Source of the DNA: a virus
Lineage: Duplodnaviria; Caudoviricetes
Direction: 5' to 3' (one strand)
Virus record (IMG/VR): IMGVR_UViG_3300024269_000048
Span: 1-64,000 of that record
DNA length: 64,000 nucleotides
Within the stretch, counting starts at the first letter, position 1; the number at the start of each line of letters is the position of its first letter. The position numbers were made by a program, and so were the translations under genes. This document shows positions 18,077 through 28,765 of this stretch, piece after piece. The notes under the pieces were generated by a model. That model ran no database searches. It was given only the letters and a program-made list of their open reading frames with translations, and was not told the origin of the DNA.

Positions 18077-19486
18077 TCATTGATTTACTACCATATTGAA
18101 CTTTTGTACTACTGTAGCTATATATAGATTTGCTTTCTCTTTCACTACCTGTGTGACATACTCTGTAAAGTCTTCTTGCGATACTCTTTCTTTATGAGCA
18201 TAGAATGCATCATAACATTGCCACACTTTATATCCATTATCCAGCAACTCTTTTAACACCTCCATATAGATACAGCTTTCATGATAAAATATTTCACTAC
18301 CATACAAAGAGCCACCTTCTGCTTTTATAATAGCATTCTGATATATCCTCATCTCTGCGTCGACGGCTTCTTTATCTTTGACGTTTGCCATAACTCTTCT
18401 CGTATGAACTCCCAGCGTACTTGGTCTATCAAAGTAACCTCTCATATGCAACTTTTTAATAGCTGGACGCACTTTCTCGAACTTTTGTACTACTGTATGA
18501 CTTGACATATACTCTTTATAGATTAGCTCATAAATATCTACATCTTCTGATATCCACTTTCCTTTATTCATTGATAAAGTGATCCTTGGAATAGATGACG
18601 TAACATCCTTCTCTAGATTTAAACCATACCTTTCTAACACATCATCTTTGTATGCTCCATAGAAATTTTCATTGCCATCCTTCTCTCTCTTGGCTGATAC
18701 CAATTCGTTAGTTGCTCTGATGCCTATTTTAGTAATTGCCTTATTGCCTTTGTTCCAAGTATAGTTAGGTGTGAAACTAATCGACAGTTCTGGATTATCC
18801 GCATAATATGTTTCGTTAATGGTGTCTGCTAACTCTTGATAATACGCCAAGTAAGGATAATTCCGATAAAGCATCGCTTCAATATACCTCTCAAACTGCG
18901 CCGTAGAATAGTTGTCCGGTTTAAGCAAATGTAACTGACTACTAAAGCGCACCATATCGTTATCGAAATTTTCAATTCTCAACTTTTGTACTACTGTACT
19001 ACGTAGTTGTTTATTGTTAAGCACAACATACTTATTGATATTATTCTCTTTACAATAGTGTTTTACTTTTAACTCATTGTCATAGTAATATCTATACGTC
19101 TTTGATTTATTGTATTCTTCTCGTGATGCATTATACTGATAGGTTGTATCTTCCTCTCTTAAGAGGCCTATGTTAATCATATACTTTACCAGGTTGGATG
19201 CATTTTGTTGACTTCCACAAATACTGATAAGCTTCTTGTTGGTAGTGGCAATAGGCATAATTGTGCAACCATGAGCTAATCTTTTATGTTTGACCATATC
19301 AATGAACGCCAATACCTTACCCAACTTCTTTTTTGTAGACGCCTTGCTTCTTATCTCTGGGATTTTCAACTCTGGCAAAACATATTCTTTGCACTCAACT
19401 GGTCTCCAATAAAATGGATTGGTGCCAATTGAAGATGTTTGCCTTTCTTTGAGCTCAATTTCTCTTGCAATGTCAATAATATTCAT
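18077..19486 (-). CDS. hypothetical protein with possible divergent family-A polymerase-like palm motifs
   Basis: DVTSSIPRITL (motif A-like), RPAIKKLHMRGYF (motif B-like), CYDAFY (motif C-like); possible N-terminal helix-turn-helix. Confidence 0.45.
   Translation of the reverse strand: MNIIDIAREIELKERQTSSIGTNPFYWRPVECKEYVLPELKIPEIRSKASTKKKLGKVLAFIDMVKHKRLAHGCTIMPIATTNKKLISICGSQQNASNLVKYMINIGLLREEDTTYQYNASREEYNKSKTYRYYYDNELKVKHYCKENNINKYVVLNNKQLRSTVVQKLRIENFDNDMVRFSSQLHLLKPDNYSTAQFERYIEAMLYRNYPYLAYYQELADTINETYYADNPELSISFTPNYTWNKGNKAITKIGIRATNELVSAKREKDGNENFYGAYKDDVLERYGLNLEKDVTSSIPRITLSMNKGKWISEDVDIYELIYKEYMSSHTVVQKFEKVRPAIKKLHMRGYFDRPSTLGVHTRRVMANVKDKEAVDAEMRIYQNAIIKAEGGSLYGSEIFYHESCIYMEVLKELLDNGYKVWQCYDAFYAHKERVSQEDFTEYVTQVVKEKANLYIATVVQKFNMVVNQ
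18099..18998. repeat. three exact 18-bp repeats AACTTTTGTACTACTGTA inside the 469-aa gene
   Basis: 18099-18116, 18480-18497 and 18981-18998; each encodes TVVQK. Confidence 0.85.
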
Positions 19487-19580
19487 CTTATCTATCTCCT
19501 TTGTGCTCCGACATAAACAAGAACATTATTAGTCTTTTCAATCATTTTGTATTGTTTGACGTAAAGAGGAAACACTTCCT

Positions 19581-20522
19581 CTAATTAAAATATTGTTCAA
19601 ACTTCTCTAAAAGTATTTGACTATAATACTCAGACAGAATATCATACCTTCTTGCTAGTTCTCCTGCTTGCTCGGTTCTCACATATTCCCTAAATGTTAA
19701 CCCCGTTTCTTTTATACCCTGTTGAAGATGCCATAATAATCCACTACTTTGGATTCCTCCGCTCGTTAGTTTCACGCCAAGATCTTGAGAGATTAGAGAT
19801 AACCTTCTTTGGACAAATCTGTATCTTCTCTCGGCATCTTGTTCATCATTCCAATTTGAATTATCGGATAAAGCGTTAAATCTGATCTTGTAAATCCACT
19901 TTCCTGTTACCTTGCTTACTCTTGAGGTTGAGCCAAATGATATTAACTCATCTTCCTCACAAGCCTTGACAAGTAAATCATATACTTCTTTTGTTATTGG
20001 AATTGTTTTACCTGTCTTAAAATACACAACATAGTCTCTTGTATCAACTTGAGACACTTCAAAGAAAGTCAGTTCTTTAAGCCACTTTCCACCAAAACCA
20101 ATGAACAGCATTTCTAGTATTGCCTTGTCAATTTCGTTTAGTAAATTGGATTGCAAATCATTAATGTCTTCTCTGCTCAAAATTAAACTCTTTTGTTTCT
20201 TGGTATCAACTACCGTGCTCAATAAATCTTTTGTAATATTTTCGTATGCACTCCCAACCGCCTCACCATTACTATAATTAAACCATCTTGACGCATTCTT
20301 TAACAACAAGTTGGTATTTTGTAAAGATACCACTGAAATTGCATGAGCACTTTCGTACATCTCTAATGCTTCGTCTGTTGTAAACTGATAAAACGGTTTA
20401 TCGAATCTGTCCTCAAACTCAACCGCTCTATTAAGAGCTGCCCTTGTTGTTGTCTCTATGATGATCCTGCTTCTTCCATACTCCGCTAAGAAATCTTCGA
20501 TTTCCTTTTCGCTAGTATACAC
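19581..20522 (-). CDS. degenerate tyrosine-recombinase-like protein
   Basis: Overall integrase-like layout (AILEMLFIG...KEL, YVVYF, IQSSG), but the catalytic R and HxxR residues are not recognisable. Confidence 0.5.
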   Translation of the reverse strand: MYTSEKEIEDFLAEYGRSRIIIETTTRAALNRAVEFEDRFDKPFYQFTTDEALEMYESAHAISVVSLQNTNLLLKNASRWFNYSNGEAVGSAYENITKDLLSTVVDTKKQKSLILSREDINDLQSNLLNEIDKAILEMLFIGFGGKWLKELTFFEVSQVDTRDYVVYFKTGKTIPITKEVYDLLVKACEEDELISFGSTSRVSKVTGKWIYKIRFNALSDNSNWNDEQDAERRYRFVQRRLSLISQDLGVKLTSGGIQSSGLLWHLQQGIKETGLTFREYVRTEQAGELARRYDILSEYYSQILLEKFEQYFN

Positions 20523-20556
20523 ATATATCTACTCCTCTATAATTTATTTCAAGTTC

Positions 20557-20599
20557 ATTATAAACACGACAAAATGATATGTCAACCATTTTGCCGTGT
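20557..20599 (-). promoter_or_regulatory. sigma-A promoter with an operator-like inverted repeat
   Basis: TTGACA (20580-20585), 17 bp, TATAAT (20557-20562). Arms ACACGACAAAATG (20564-20576) and CATTTTGCCGTGT (20587-20599). Confidence 0.75.
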
Positions 20600-20617
20600 A
20601 ATTTTATTTACAATACT

Positions 20618-21667
20618 TTACACCAATTTATCCAAAATTCCTACCGCATTTTTCTTGTTCTCGTCTAGAACCGCTACATAGCGAAGTGTAGTAGCTGTGG
20701 AACGGTGACCTAATATATTGCCAATCGTCTGAATATCAACCTTTGCGGCCGCCAAACTCGTCGCCGCACTAGATCTTAATTTATGAAGCGTAATTTTCTT
20801 TTGAATGCCTGCCTCTGAACAATATTTTTTCAACGCATCATTAGCGGCGTCGGGAGATAGTCTTCCATTCTTCTGAGAAATAAATAGTGCTGTGCCATTA
20901 AAATCACCAAACGCTTTATCACGAACAGTGATCCATTCTTTAAGTACACCCATAATATTCTCACCGATTGGAATTTCTCTAACCTTTTGTCTTTTTTCAA
21001 TAACTTTTATAATACCATCATCCCAGATAATATCTTCTTTGTTAATATTTACTATAGCACTGGCTCTCATTCCTGTAGCAATAGCTAAACTAAATAGAGC
21101 TTTATCTCTAGCCGCAATAACCTTGTTTGGATTGTTTTCTACAGCCTTAAGTAATTTTACTATTTCTGTTTTAGTTAAAAATGTTACCTTGTGCTCCGTA
21201 TTATTCTTCGGTCTACTAACAATTCTCATTGGATTCTTGTCAATATATCCTCTCTTTATTAACCATTCAAAAAATGTATTCAGCGAAGACCACCTTGCCT
21301 GAAGAATATCATCTCCTGTTCTCTTTGTCCCATCCTTAGTTTCCCTTGTTTCCAAAGAAATCATATAGCTCTCCACGTCGCTGGATTCAATGTGCTTATA
21401 GAAGTCCTCGGGGATATTGCCCTCATAAACAAAGTTGGCAAAATGCAAAACATTATTGATATATACACCAACCGTAGTATAGGCCTTTCTGTTTGCTCTC
21501 ATTGAGGTGCAATACTCGCTAAGAATTTTAGGCATCCTCTGCAATTTAATTTTCATTTTATCATAGAACTGGGTTTCTTTTTCAAGTCTTCCCGCTACAT
21601 TATTCATAATATAATCTCCTCTATCTATTGTGTCTTGTAATAAACCTTGCCCAAATGACTGTCGCAA
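20618..21667 (-). CDS. tyrosine recombinase (XerC/D/integrase family)
   Basis: TGMRASAI (R), VIEKRQK (K), LHKLR (HxxR), LGH, TTLRY (Y); SAM-like N-terminal part. Confidence 0.92.
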   Translation of the reverse strand: MRQSFGQGLLQDTIDRGDYIMNNVAGRLEKETQFYDKMKIKLQRMPKILSEYCTSMRANRKAYTTVGVYINNVLHFANFVYEGNIPEDFYKHIESSDVESYMISLETRETKDGTKRTGDDILQARWSSLNTFFEWLIKRGYIDKNPMRIVSRPKNNTEHKVTFLTKTEIVKLLKAVENNPNKVIAARDKALFSLAIATGMRASAIVNINKEDIIWDDGIIKVIEKRQKVREIPIGENIMGVLKEWITVRDKAFGDFNGTALFISQKNGRLSPDAANDALKKYCSEAGIQKKITLHKLRSSAATSLAAAKVDIQTIGNILGHRSTATTLRYVAVLDENKKNAVGILDKLV

Positions 21668-22439
21668 TAATCCAAATGACCCAATTGCCCTTGAAGATTG
21701 AGCCGACGAACATCACAATTACATAAAAGAATGTCGCGGTGCTGTCTTCTATCGTATTTGGATGATCAAAAGTTTCCTTTTTGGGTGGCATCAACGAATT
21801 GCCATCCTCATCAAACATTGGCTCCAAACCTTTATCTCGCAACTCCTTAATTCGTAATCTATTAAGTTCTCTCTGAAATTCTTTTTTCTCTTCTTTATGC
21901 TTTTCACGCTCTTTAATCATGTCGTCAAAAGTAATCATGCATTGCCCTCCTTAACCATAAAAGGTTGCGAGTACCTGCTTTCGAGCTTTTCTAAGCTCCT
22001 TCTTTTGCTCATGCTGTCTCCAGAAGTCGTGTTCCTCGTACTTCTGCAACGCATCACACTGCTTGCCAAGGCACCCGCGCCCTTTCAGTGTCTTGGTTGT
22101 CAAAGCAGCTTTATGAAACATACAGTAGCCTACGGCCTTGTTTCTACGAATTTCCGAGCCATAAAGGCCCGGCAGAACTTCTACATTATTTATTTCCATT
22201 ATACAACCTCCTTAAACAATATCTTCAATAATACTGATTGCATCTTCAATAGACGACACGGCCTCTTCCATCTGATCGATGGCCTCTTCTGCGTCCATAC
22301 CACGCTGACTTCCTTGAAGATTCTCAGGCATATTATCGAAGTAATCCTGCTCGTCAGAACAAATTGTCTCAAGTTCACTCTTTATATTCTCCATATCCTC
22401 TAACCATTTTCTCAGTTGCTGTCTTCTTGTCTTGTTCAT
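21621..22439 (-). CDS. three small hypothetical proteins (21621-21938 with a C-terminal transmembrane segment, 21951-22199, 22212-22439)
   Basis: Packed ORFs. The last most likely starts at ATG 22439 after AGGAG. Confidence 0.6.
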
Positions 22440-22464
22440 AACATTTTTCTCCTTTTTTCTTTGT

Positions 22465-22525
22465 ATTATAGCATATATTTTCCATTTTGTCAATCATTTT
22501 GTTTTGTTTAACAAAAAGTTTACAA
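22465..22525 (-). promoter_or_regulatory. sigma-A promoter
   Basis: TTGACA (22488-22493), 17 bp, TATAAT (22465-22470) with extended TG. ACAAAATG copies overlap the -35 and there is a degenerate TTGTAAA repeat upstream. Confidence 0.75.
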
Positions 22526-22555
22526 TTAGAAAAGAGATGATTACTCATCTCCCAC

Positions 22556-22915
22556 TTATCTTGCCCATCTTTGCTCAACCCAGGCCTCAATGCCTATCTT
22601 ATCATCCTCTTCCTTTGCATTAACATACACAATCTCAATGCCCATACCATACAACTTATTGATAAGAAGTTGTTGCTTCTGTGTGTCCCTTGCAAATCTT
22701 GACGGATCTTTAGTTACAACCACATCTCCATTTTCTAACACGTTGAATAACTTGTCTAACTCTTCTCTGCTTAAATTGTGAGCACTTACGCCGTCATCAC
22801 AGAAGCATATTGTAAGATCCAATCCCTTTGCCTTACAATAATTTGATACTAATTCTATTTGCTCCTCTATATTTCCGGCCCTTGCTGTTCTACAATATCC
22901 ATATACTTTACTCAT
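22556..22915 (-). CDS. stand-alone serine recombinase (resolvase) catalytic domain
   Basis: VYGYCRTA...EQ...DDGVSA...REEL...VVTKDPSRFAR; only 119 aa with no DNA-binding domain. Confidence 0.75.
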   Translation of the reverse strand: MSKVYGYCRTARAGNIEEQIELVSNYCKAKGLDLTICFCDDGVSAHNLSREELDKLFNVLENGDVVVTKDPSRFARDTQKQQLLINKLYGMGIEIVYVNAKEEDDKIGIEAWVEQRWAR

Positions 22916-22980
22916 TATAAATCTCTCCTTTTTATTATGTAATCACTTTGATGTGTTTACACAGAATAAAGATCTGTTTA

Positions 22981-24434
22981 TTAACAGATCTTCTGAATAT
23001 CCTTTTGCATTTGTGACAAGCATTTATCGCAAATATGGAATGATGTAATACTGTCTACTGGGTCAATACGTTGAATTTTGATCTTAATGTTTCCATTGTC
23101 TGCCCCACAAGTTAGACAATGTCCACCCTCTTTGCTTTGAGTTAATTCGATAATTTTATTTTCCATTATAAACCCTCCATTATTCTTCTATATGAAACTT
23201 ATCGTAACATTCTTTATGAACTCCGCTATTGAAGATGTCCATAATTGCCACCGCCACTTCTTTTGCATATTTCATTAATTCAATATGCTCATCCATTTGC
23301 TCGGGAAACAGTCTTCTGTGTCCGGCGGATATATAAATCCCGGTCGGATAACACTTATCTCCATTAAAGTCTTCTTGAAGATAGAATTCAACCTCTCCGT
23401 GCAGTTTCTCATTCGGTCTGATTGCTACGGTATAAATATTTCCATTAGATGGATATTGTGAAAACCATACCTTGGTTCCATCTATATCATATCTATAGAA
23501 GATATCACCCTCATCTCTTGATTTTGTTAGTTCTAATATTGTTTTCATAACTAATCCTCCTACATATTCTAATGTTGTCATTATACCATGTTGTTTTTCA
23601 ACAATACAGTATTATTTAATTAATGTGTCCTAGAACTACAGTAATCACAGCCTGATATAAATCCTCCTTGTCTTCAATTGCCCAACCTACTGCTTTTTCT
23701 AAACCTTTAATTTCATTTTCTGATAATGTTAATTGAATACTTGTGTCTTCCATTATTAATTCCTCCTTTATCTATCATACATTCCTACTTCAATATCCTC
23801 GCCATCATGCCACTCCAGAAAATCTTCTACAGCGTCATCATCTGCTACGTAAAAATAGTAGGTATACTCACGCCAATATTCGTTTGCCCACTCTACAAAC
23901 ATCTGCAAAGCGGACTCATATGCTTCACCCACGATGTTCCAAAATTCCTGTACTCCGGTATCTTCATCTATAACATCTGCTGTAAATAACTGCAGCCCGT
24001 TAGGAAGTTTCATAAAATCTTCCTCCTCACCCGAACACTATTTCATCAAACAGACCCAACTGGAATATAGTATCTCCAATGCTTCCATCTAAACTATCAA
24101 TGTCTCCGTCCCAATAGTTTTGTTCAACAGCCAACTGCATTCCATGGACCAACTTGTCCAAAGTTAGATCCCAAACCTCTTCGTCGTCCTCAACATCAAT
24201 CAGCTGAATTGACTCGCCCGACTTCAATATATGGAAGAATACATCCTCAAAAGTCGCATCATCGTCCTCTAGTTCCTTGTGTGCCTTGTGCCACACTTCG
24301 GTAGTATTGTCGATACAAGACCAATATCCAATGTCATAAACCGCCGTGCTGATAATGTCTAAAATATCACTATCATCATATGTGAATGTTTTTGCAAATG
24401 TATATTTGTTCATTTTAATCCTCTCCTTCATCAT
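22981..24434 (-). CDS. cluster of small hypothetical proteins (22981-23166, 23180-23581, 23768-24013, 24027-24434)
   Basis: Tightly packed co-oriented ORFs with GGAG-type RBS. Confidence 0.6.
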
Positions 24435-24444
24435 TAATAATATT

Positions 24445-25092
24445 TTAGTTAAATAAATCTACAATTATTGGACCGTCATAACCCTTCTCAAAAACAAACC
24501 AAGCGTAACATACTGCACTGCTCACCTCTTTAGGGTTGCCGCTCTTATCGTATTTGATATTGCCGTCCTTATCTCTGTCATAGAAATCTCCGTTCTTACC
24601 ACAAGGAATTCTTGATGATGACACCCATATCTTCTTGGGCGGATATTTTCTAAACAGATCCTTTCGGCCCGAGCTCTCCAAGAATGTCAGCTTTAAGAAC
24701 ATACATACCTTGTGCCCGTCAGTCACAATATCCATGGCGTGCTCCACAAATTCCTGGGCGAGTTTGTAAGGTGGATTGGTTATAATATCAGCATCAACCG
24801 CATCATTAAACTCCAGGAAGTCAACGCCGCCTTCTCCATATCCTCTGTCTATCTTGTCCATAGACCGGACACTAAAACCGTGTGCCTCAAGTACCTTTGA
24901 TATGTGACCCTCTCCACAACACGGTTCCAAAATATTATTATCAAATTCCTCCAAATCCAGCAACATCTCTACCGCTTTGGGATGTGTTGCATAATAATCA
25001 TTCTCTTCACGCTCTTCTTCTACGTGATTACTTGCTCCAAGAGTTACATAAATACTCTTTGTGTTTCCACTCCAATCTTTCTGCCGCTCCAT
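24445..25092 (-). CDS. amino-group (N6-adenine/N4-cytosine) DNA methyltransferase
   Basis: LEPCCGEGHI (SAM-binding) and ITNPPY (catalytic); no cognate restriction enzyme seen. Confidence 0.88.
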   Translation of the reverse strand: MERQKDWSGNTKSIYVTLGASNHVEEEREENDYYATHPKAVEMLLDLEEFDNNILEPCCGEGHISKVLEAHGFSVRSMDKIDRGYGEGGVDFLEFNDAVDADIITNPPYKLAQEFVEHAMDIVTDGHKVCMFLKLTFLESSGRKDLFRKYPPKKIWVSSSRIPCGKNGDFYDRDKDGNIKYDKSGNPKEVSSAVCYAWFVFEKGYDGPIIVDLFN

Positions 25093-25107
25093 CGTTATAT
25101 TCCTTTC

Positions 25108-26282
25108 TTATATTTGAAAAATATTTAAATCTTCTTTTCTGTGTCTTATAAATTTATCTCTTGTAGAGATATCTATTAACTTACCACAAGGCTCATATGG
25201 ATCATGAGTCAACTCCTCTATATCTCTAATCGCCTTTTTGAATGCCTCGCGAGTATCCGTTACTGTTCTATTCCAAAACGCCAGACACTCCTTAAAAAAT
25301 CCCTCTATTATTAACTCTGTTTCTTTTTCATTTAACACTTAAATCCATCCTTTCGTTTTAGAATCATTATTTTATTTGTACTCTGCCTTAAATCCTTCAA
25401 TGCAATATTCATATTTGTCAGATAAATAATCGCACAATTCATCCGCATAACCATCAATATTTTCTAACAGATATTCGTTATCCTCGTCAATGTCAATTAC
25501 AACTCGTTTGGGTAAATTTGCCGATTTAGGAGCATCCCACTTAATATTTGCCACAACAATCTGTTTTACATTTTTCATAATTAAATCCTCCGTGTTAAAA
25601 TTACTCTTTTATGTGCAAATATTATTAGTTTCTCCACATTTAGTACACTCACATTGATAGCAATGCCCACAAGCTTCGCTAACTCCCATTGAGGCAATTC
25701 CCAAAAACAATCTCGCTACAATAGGCATATCACATCGAATAATTTCCTGTTTCGTATTTTTACAACAATTCCAGCAATAACCGACTAAATATTTCTTTTT
25801 CATATACTTTTACCACCTAAAATCGTCATTTATCTCCAATAAGTTTTGCAGAATCCTTGCTCTGGGTCTCCGTAACTTCTCATATCACATTCTTCATAAG
25901 TTCCTTTATATGAAGCAGATACAAGTTTCAACGGATATTTCAGTTTGTCAATTTGTTCATCATAGCAACCAATATCAATACCCTTACAACGATTATTCTG
26001 TAAACAAGTCTTTCCACGCTCAAGAATATCTTTCATAGTAGACGGATATTCTTCTCCGTCATAAATCATTCCTTCGCATTTATTCCAATATGCAAGAATA
26101 CCATACAAATCAGCATTTTCTTTTGCATCATCGTATTCAAAAACATATCCATAATCATAATAAATATCCTTAATAAATCCTCCACCAAACTCTTGTGGAA
26201 TTAAAATCTTATAACTATCTCCATCTGTCAAATTACTTCTCTTTGTGGTTTTGTCTGCTCTCGTCCAAGAAAAACTTCCCAT
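25108..26282 (-). CDS. cluster of small hypothetical proteins (25108-25338, 25372-25578, 25609-25803 Cys-rich, 25830-26282)
   Basis: Packed co-oriented ORFs with RBS. Confidence 0.6.
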
Positions 26283-26333
26283 AATTAACTCCTCCTAATA
26301 AAATTATCATTTTCTTAATCATTTTGTTTTGTA

Positions 26334-26957
26334 TCAATGCTTAGTAAAATATACATTCTGGCCTCTCTTTAATGTCCAACAAGCCTGGCACTCATAGCAT
26401 TTTCCTGTACAAGGAATACTGTCATGAGGAATAAGATCATTCGCAAAGTCCTTACCATATACATAGGTCATAGGAAGATTATAAGGGTTTTCAGGAATCC
26501 AATCACTCCAAGCGCTGAATACTATGCTTAAGTTCTTCGGAATTCTCTTGCCCTTTGCCAGGAAATCATTTACAATCTTAAACTTCTTAGTGAAACAAAG
26601 ATAATGAGTGTCCTTATTCTTTCTTGCTACCTTACACATACCCTCAAGATATTCCATATTGACGATATCACCACTTGAATGCCATCTAACAAATCTTGCA
26701 AGTGCCGTCTGAGTTGCTATACTTTCAAAATACAACTTCGGATTTTTCACATATGCCTCCAAGTTCTCCTGTAAGGAAGTCTTAACGCTAGGGAAGAGCC
26801 AATTGCCCTTCATTGCATAACAGCCCTTTCTACAAGGCACATCTGCTGCACAAGTTATTCCTGCCGGAAGATTAATGCTCAAAATTGCCGCACCTAATTT
26901 ACTATTTGTGTTTGATACATTTACATATTGTTTTCCCATTTTACATTTCTCCTTCAT
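26334..26957 (-). CDS. Gp88-like Cys-rich protein (radical-SAM-like)
   Basis: NSKLG...SINLPAGITC...PC...CYA, VRWHSSGDI, CTGKCYECQACW. Confidence 0.65.
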   Translation of the reverse strand: MKEKCKMGKQYVNVSNTNSKLGAAILSINLPAGITCAADVPCRKGCYAMKGNWLFPSVKTSLQENLEAYVKNPKLYFESIATQTALARFVRWHSSGDIVNMEYLEGMCKVARKNKDTHYLCFTKKFKIVNDFLAKGKRIPKNLSIVFSAWSDWIPENPYNLPMTYVYGKDFANDLIPHDSIPCTGKCYECQACWTLKRGQNVYFTKH

Positions 26958-27035
26958 TATATCATATTATTCATCATAAAGTAACCGTTTGCATTTTATG
27001 CCGAGGTTTAACCGCCTCGGCTCGGTTTATTTTAT

Positions 27036-27434
27036 TTATACTATTCCTTCGCGAATATGTCCGCTGTTTCTCTCAACCGTATCCATAAGGAACGATACAC
27101 GCTCATCCTGAGTCATATGTTCCCAACAATAATTAAGTATTGCTTCAAATACCTCGATGGCCGTGTTGCTACCCATATTCACAATGTTAGTAAGCTTCTG
27201 TGTCTGACAAAATTCTACAACATCTTTAAGGGTCATCAGCTTCGTTCTAATTAAAATTCTGGTTGCCCTATTAGACAACCCTACATCAAGAACCGACACA
27301 TCCAAATCTGCTGCACCATAAGGAATGGCTACATTTCTTGTAGTGTACACTCTCGATAATGCCTTAGAAAGCTTATCACCCTCTACCATTTTGCTAACAA
27401 TAATGTCCATAACGTCAATGTTTTTCTGTGTCAT
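27036..27434 (-). CDS. RNA polymerase alpha C-terminal-domain-like protein
   Basis: VLDVGLSNRATRILIRTKLMTLKDVV...IVNMGSNTAIEV parallels the alpha-CTD pattern LELSVRSYNCLKRAGINT...IRNLGRKSLEE. Confidence 0.65.
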   Translation of the reverse strand: MTQKNIDVMDIIVSKMVEGDKLSKALSRVYTTRNVAIPYGAADLDVSVLDVGLSNRATRILIRTKLMTLKDVVEFCQTQKLTNIVNMGSNTAIEVFEAILNYCWEHMTQDERVSFLMDTVERNSGHIREGIV

Positions 27435-27470
27435 AATTAAATTCTCCTTTAAATCATTTTGTATTGTTTA

Positions 27471-28170
27471 TTAATTATTTTCTTCTTCATCTGCTATCCA
27501 TTCGTCAGCCAAAGTTTCCGGCGACATCCAGTCTAAGTGGTCAAACAAATCTTCTGCATCACAGCCCGTTCCTTCACATAAGGCTTCAAGGTCTGCTCTT
27601 GTATAACCGCTAGTAGCAACATAACTGTTACCCTCTAAGTCTGAAGCCGCAGCTTCTTTAGCATTAAACTCAAACAAACGGCCTCTGTTCTCATCGTCAT
27701 TGTCAAATCCAAATTCGTTTATATAGCAAACTCCAACACCTGTCTCAAAAGCGTGTCTATCTTTATATACAACACCCTCATTGCAATAACAACCAAACTT
27801 GCCATACTCACCAAAGTAGTAAGTCTCTTCATCTGTTACCATTTTCCAGCCTGCTGGATACACTTTTTCAATTTTCATAATATATTCCTCCTATTTAATT
27901 ATTTTTAAAACACCCTCTTGAATTAATAAAACCTCTAAGTTCATATCCATCATTTTCATACTTACGACGAATATCGCTATCTTCTAAATAGTGACACGTT
28001 TCTCCAAAAACATTTTTAAAAGTATCGTCGCTTTCTTGAAAAAGATCTCCCTGTACACAAAAATACTTTCTTCCTTTTTTGAAAATCATTCGTGCTTGAT
28101 GGTCTCTATAAAACTCTTCTTGACAATAATTAACACATTTCTTTTCGTTAGTCCAAAACAAGTTATCCAT
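27471..28170 (-). CDS. two hypothetical proteins (27471-27878, 27895-28170)
   Basis: ORFs with RBS. Confidence 0.6.
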
Positions 28171-28178
28171 GATTCCCC

Positions 28179-28763
28179 CTAAATTTTTGCTGATTTCAAA
28201 GATGCTTTACATTGGCTACAACGATACAATCCTGGATGTTGCACAATTTTACAATTGCTCTTATACTTCCATTCGGCATTACAGTCGGGACAAAACACCC
28301 TATATCTATCTACGCTGTGAGCCTTGCGCTCCGCTCTAGCTTGTCTTGCCGATTCCTTGAAAGTTTCATTATTAGATAATCTACTTGCTTCAATATTCCA
28401 ACGACTACCAATTTTGTCTGCCCTCACTTTCCACAGATAACCGTGGTCTTCTTTCGGTGAAACAAAATGTCCGAACTCATGACACAGTACGCTTCTTATT
28501 TCGTCATAATCTTGACCTAATCTTTGACTTAACAGAATAATACATCTTGTGGCTCTAACCCTGTCAACATTCATTTCACGAGAATTTCGGAATGTTTGCC
28601 AACAATATCCAAGATGTCTATAAGAATTGTCTTGATACAACTCCGGTTCACAATCCTCAAAGTAATGAGGATAAAGAGACTTTGCTTCATCTTGTACTTC
28701 TTCCCAAATGGCCCATATCTTAGGATCGGTTACATCTTTATAGGTTTTCTTTCTGTAAACCAT
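28179..28763 (-). CDS. SprT-like zinc metalloprotease
   Basis: VLCHEFGH (HExxH), HGYLWK, C-terminal CPDC...CSQC. Confidence 0.8.
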   Translation of the reverse strand: MVYRKKTYKDVTDPKIWAIWEEVQDEAKSLYPHYFEDCEPELYQDNSYRHLGYCWQTFRNSREMNVDRVRATRCIILLSQRLGQDYDEIRSVLCHEFGHFVSPKEDHGYLWKVRADKIGSRWNIEASRLSNNETFKESARQARAERKAHSVDRYRVFCPDCNAEWKYKSNCKIVQHPGLYRCSQCKASLKSAKI

Positions 28764-28765
28764 AT

